Shown: piece by piece, positions 5,360 to 5,897 of the stretch | How the letters are laid out: every line of letters begins with the position of its first letter | Numbering within the stretch: position 1 is the first letter of the stretch | Virus record (IMG/VR): IMGVR_UViG_3300022758_000032 | Coordinates: 1 to 5,897 of that record | DNA from: a virus | Reading direction: 5' to 3' (one strand) | DNA length: 5,897 nucleotides | Notes under the pieces: model-generated | The model's input: only the letters and a program-made list of their open reading frames with translations | The model's database searches: none | Told to the model about the DNA's origin: nothing | Made by a program: the position numbers and the translations under genes

Positions 5360-5897
5360 CTATACCCTTAAATAATATATTTCCTGTTCGTATATCTTTT
5401 TAAATTCTTCGATATCTTTTGCTAGTTTTATGTTGTTGTTTATTTCTTTTCTTAATTCTTTCCCGTATAGCTCGAAGAGTCTCTGTGCCTTACTTTTTTT
5501 GTTTTTATCTCTTCTGTTTTGTAATTTTTTGATAATGATTTCTTTGATATCGTCTTTATGTGTTTTTATTCCATCTTCATTGTGTTGTTTTCTTAGCGTG
5601 TTATAGTATTCTTCGCTTTCTTCATCTGTGATTTTTATTTTGAAGTTTCCCACAAACTTTTCTCCAGAGTTTTCTCGATATATCCATAGTTGTTCTCTCT
5701 GTTCTTCTGTAAAAAGTTTGTATTTGTAATACTTTGGTAGTGCTATATATGTCCCTTGTCTTGTATAGTAATCTTCTTTTGTTTCTTCTCCTTTCCACTC
5801 ATGTCTTTTCCCTATTCGTTTTACATATCCTGCTCCTAGTCCTGGAGAACATAATACTTTTCCTGTATATTCGGGATTGTCTTCGTCTTTTTTTGTC
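5360..5897 (-). CDS. VP4: Replication initiation protein VP4, C-terminal part. The unique portion is 5360-5770; 5771-5897 duplicates 1-127. Full gene = join(657..1, 5770..5360), 355 aa.
   Basis: The frame is open from the window end down to TAG at 5362-5360. It is in phase with the 1-657 segment across the junction (5770-5653 = 117 nt). Translation continues ...KED/YYTRQGTYIALPKYYKYKLFTEEQREQLWIYRENSGEKFVGNFKIKITDEE...YYLRV*. The 97-aa track ORF (5360-5653) only reflects the first GTG in this open frame. Confidence 0.9.
   Translation of the reverse strand, partial: TKKDEDNPEYTGKVLCSPGLGAGYVKRIGKRHEWKGEETKEDYYTRQGTYIALPKYYKYKLFTEEQREQLWIYRENSGEKFVGNFKIKITDEESEEYYNTLRKQHNEDGIKTHKDDIKEIIIKKLQNRRDKNKKSKAQRLFELYGKELRKEINNNIKLAKDIEEFKKIYEQEIYYLRV
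5771..5897. repeat. Terminal redundancy, copy 2. Identical to 1-127. True genome unit is 1-5770.
   Basis: Same as copy 1. A 127-nt overlap is the length typically left by de Bruijn assemblers on circular molecules. Confidence 0.97.

Noticed and set aside
5360-5653. The 97-aa ORF listed as an independent gene (MGNFKIKITDEE...).
   Set aside because: Its 'M' is a GTG, which is simply the first start-like codon in a frame that stays open to the window edge. It is the C-terminus of the junction-spanning Rep. Separate internal initiation is only a speculative possibility.
1-5897. tRNA, rRNA, CRISPR arrays, transposase/IS elements, an integrase, or a phiX E-type lysis gene.
   Set aside because: I saw no cloverleaf-like or repeat-spacer structures by eye. 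There is no ORF with transposase or integrase motifs. There is no short ORF with a hydrophobic N-terminus overprinted in a scaffold gene. The genome is fully accounted for by seven same-strand genes and two short intergenic regions.

Overview
The window is a complete circular genome of a small ssDNA phage of the family Microviridae, linearised at an arbitrary point. Positions 1-127 are repeated exactly at 5771-5897, so the unit length is 5770 nt. All seven genes I can support lie on the minus strand. In transcription order they are: a Bacteroidetes-type promoter (~5266-5297), a small ORFan (4948-5238), a minimal M15-family zinc peptidase that looks like an endolysin (4518-4898), a second ORFan (4275-4505), the major capsid protein VP1 (2295-4268), a 116-aa ORF (1933-2283), a structured intergenic region (1793-1932), the pilot protein VP2 (659-1792), and the HUH replication initiator VP4. 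The Rep gene is absent from the supplied ORF track because it starts at 657, runs off the window start, and continues across the circle junction from 5770 to its stop at 5360 (355 aa). The track shows only its tail, as a spurious 97-aa GTG-start ORF. All plus-strand ORFs in the track are antisense shadows caused by the A-poor composition of that strand. Size, the 657-aa VP1, the gene order and the promoter type suggest an Alpavirinae-like gut microvirus infecting Bacteroidales, but this is inference. Points worth a second look: (1) the peptidoglycan peptidase, unusual cargo for a microvirus; (2) a very strong T>>A skew on the strand antisense to the genes, with T-avoiding codons, which is opposite to phiX-type phages; (3) a phiX174-origin-like ACTTGATAT motif on that same antisense strand, next to nested hairpins; (4) phased short repeats resembling the XerD half-site of dif; (5) no recognisable J/VP3/VP5-type genes.
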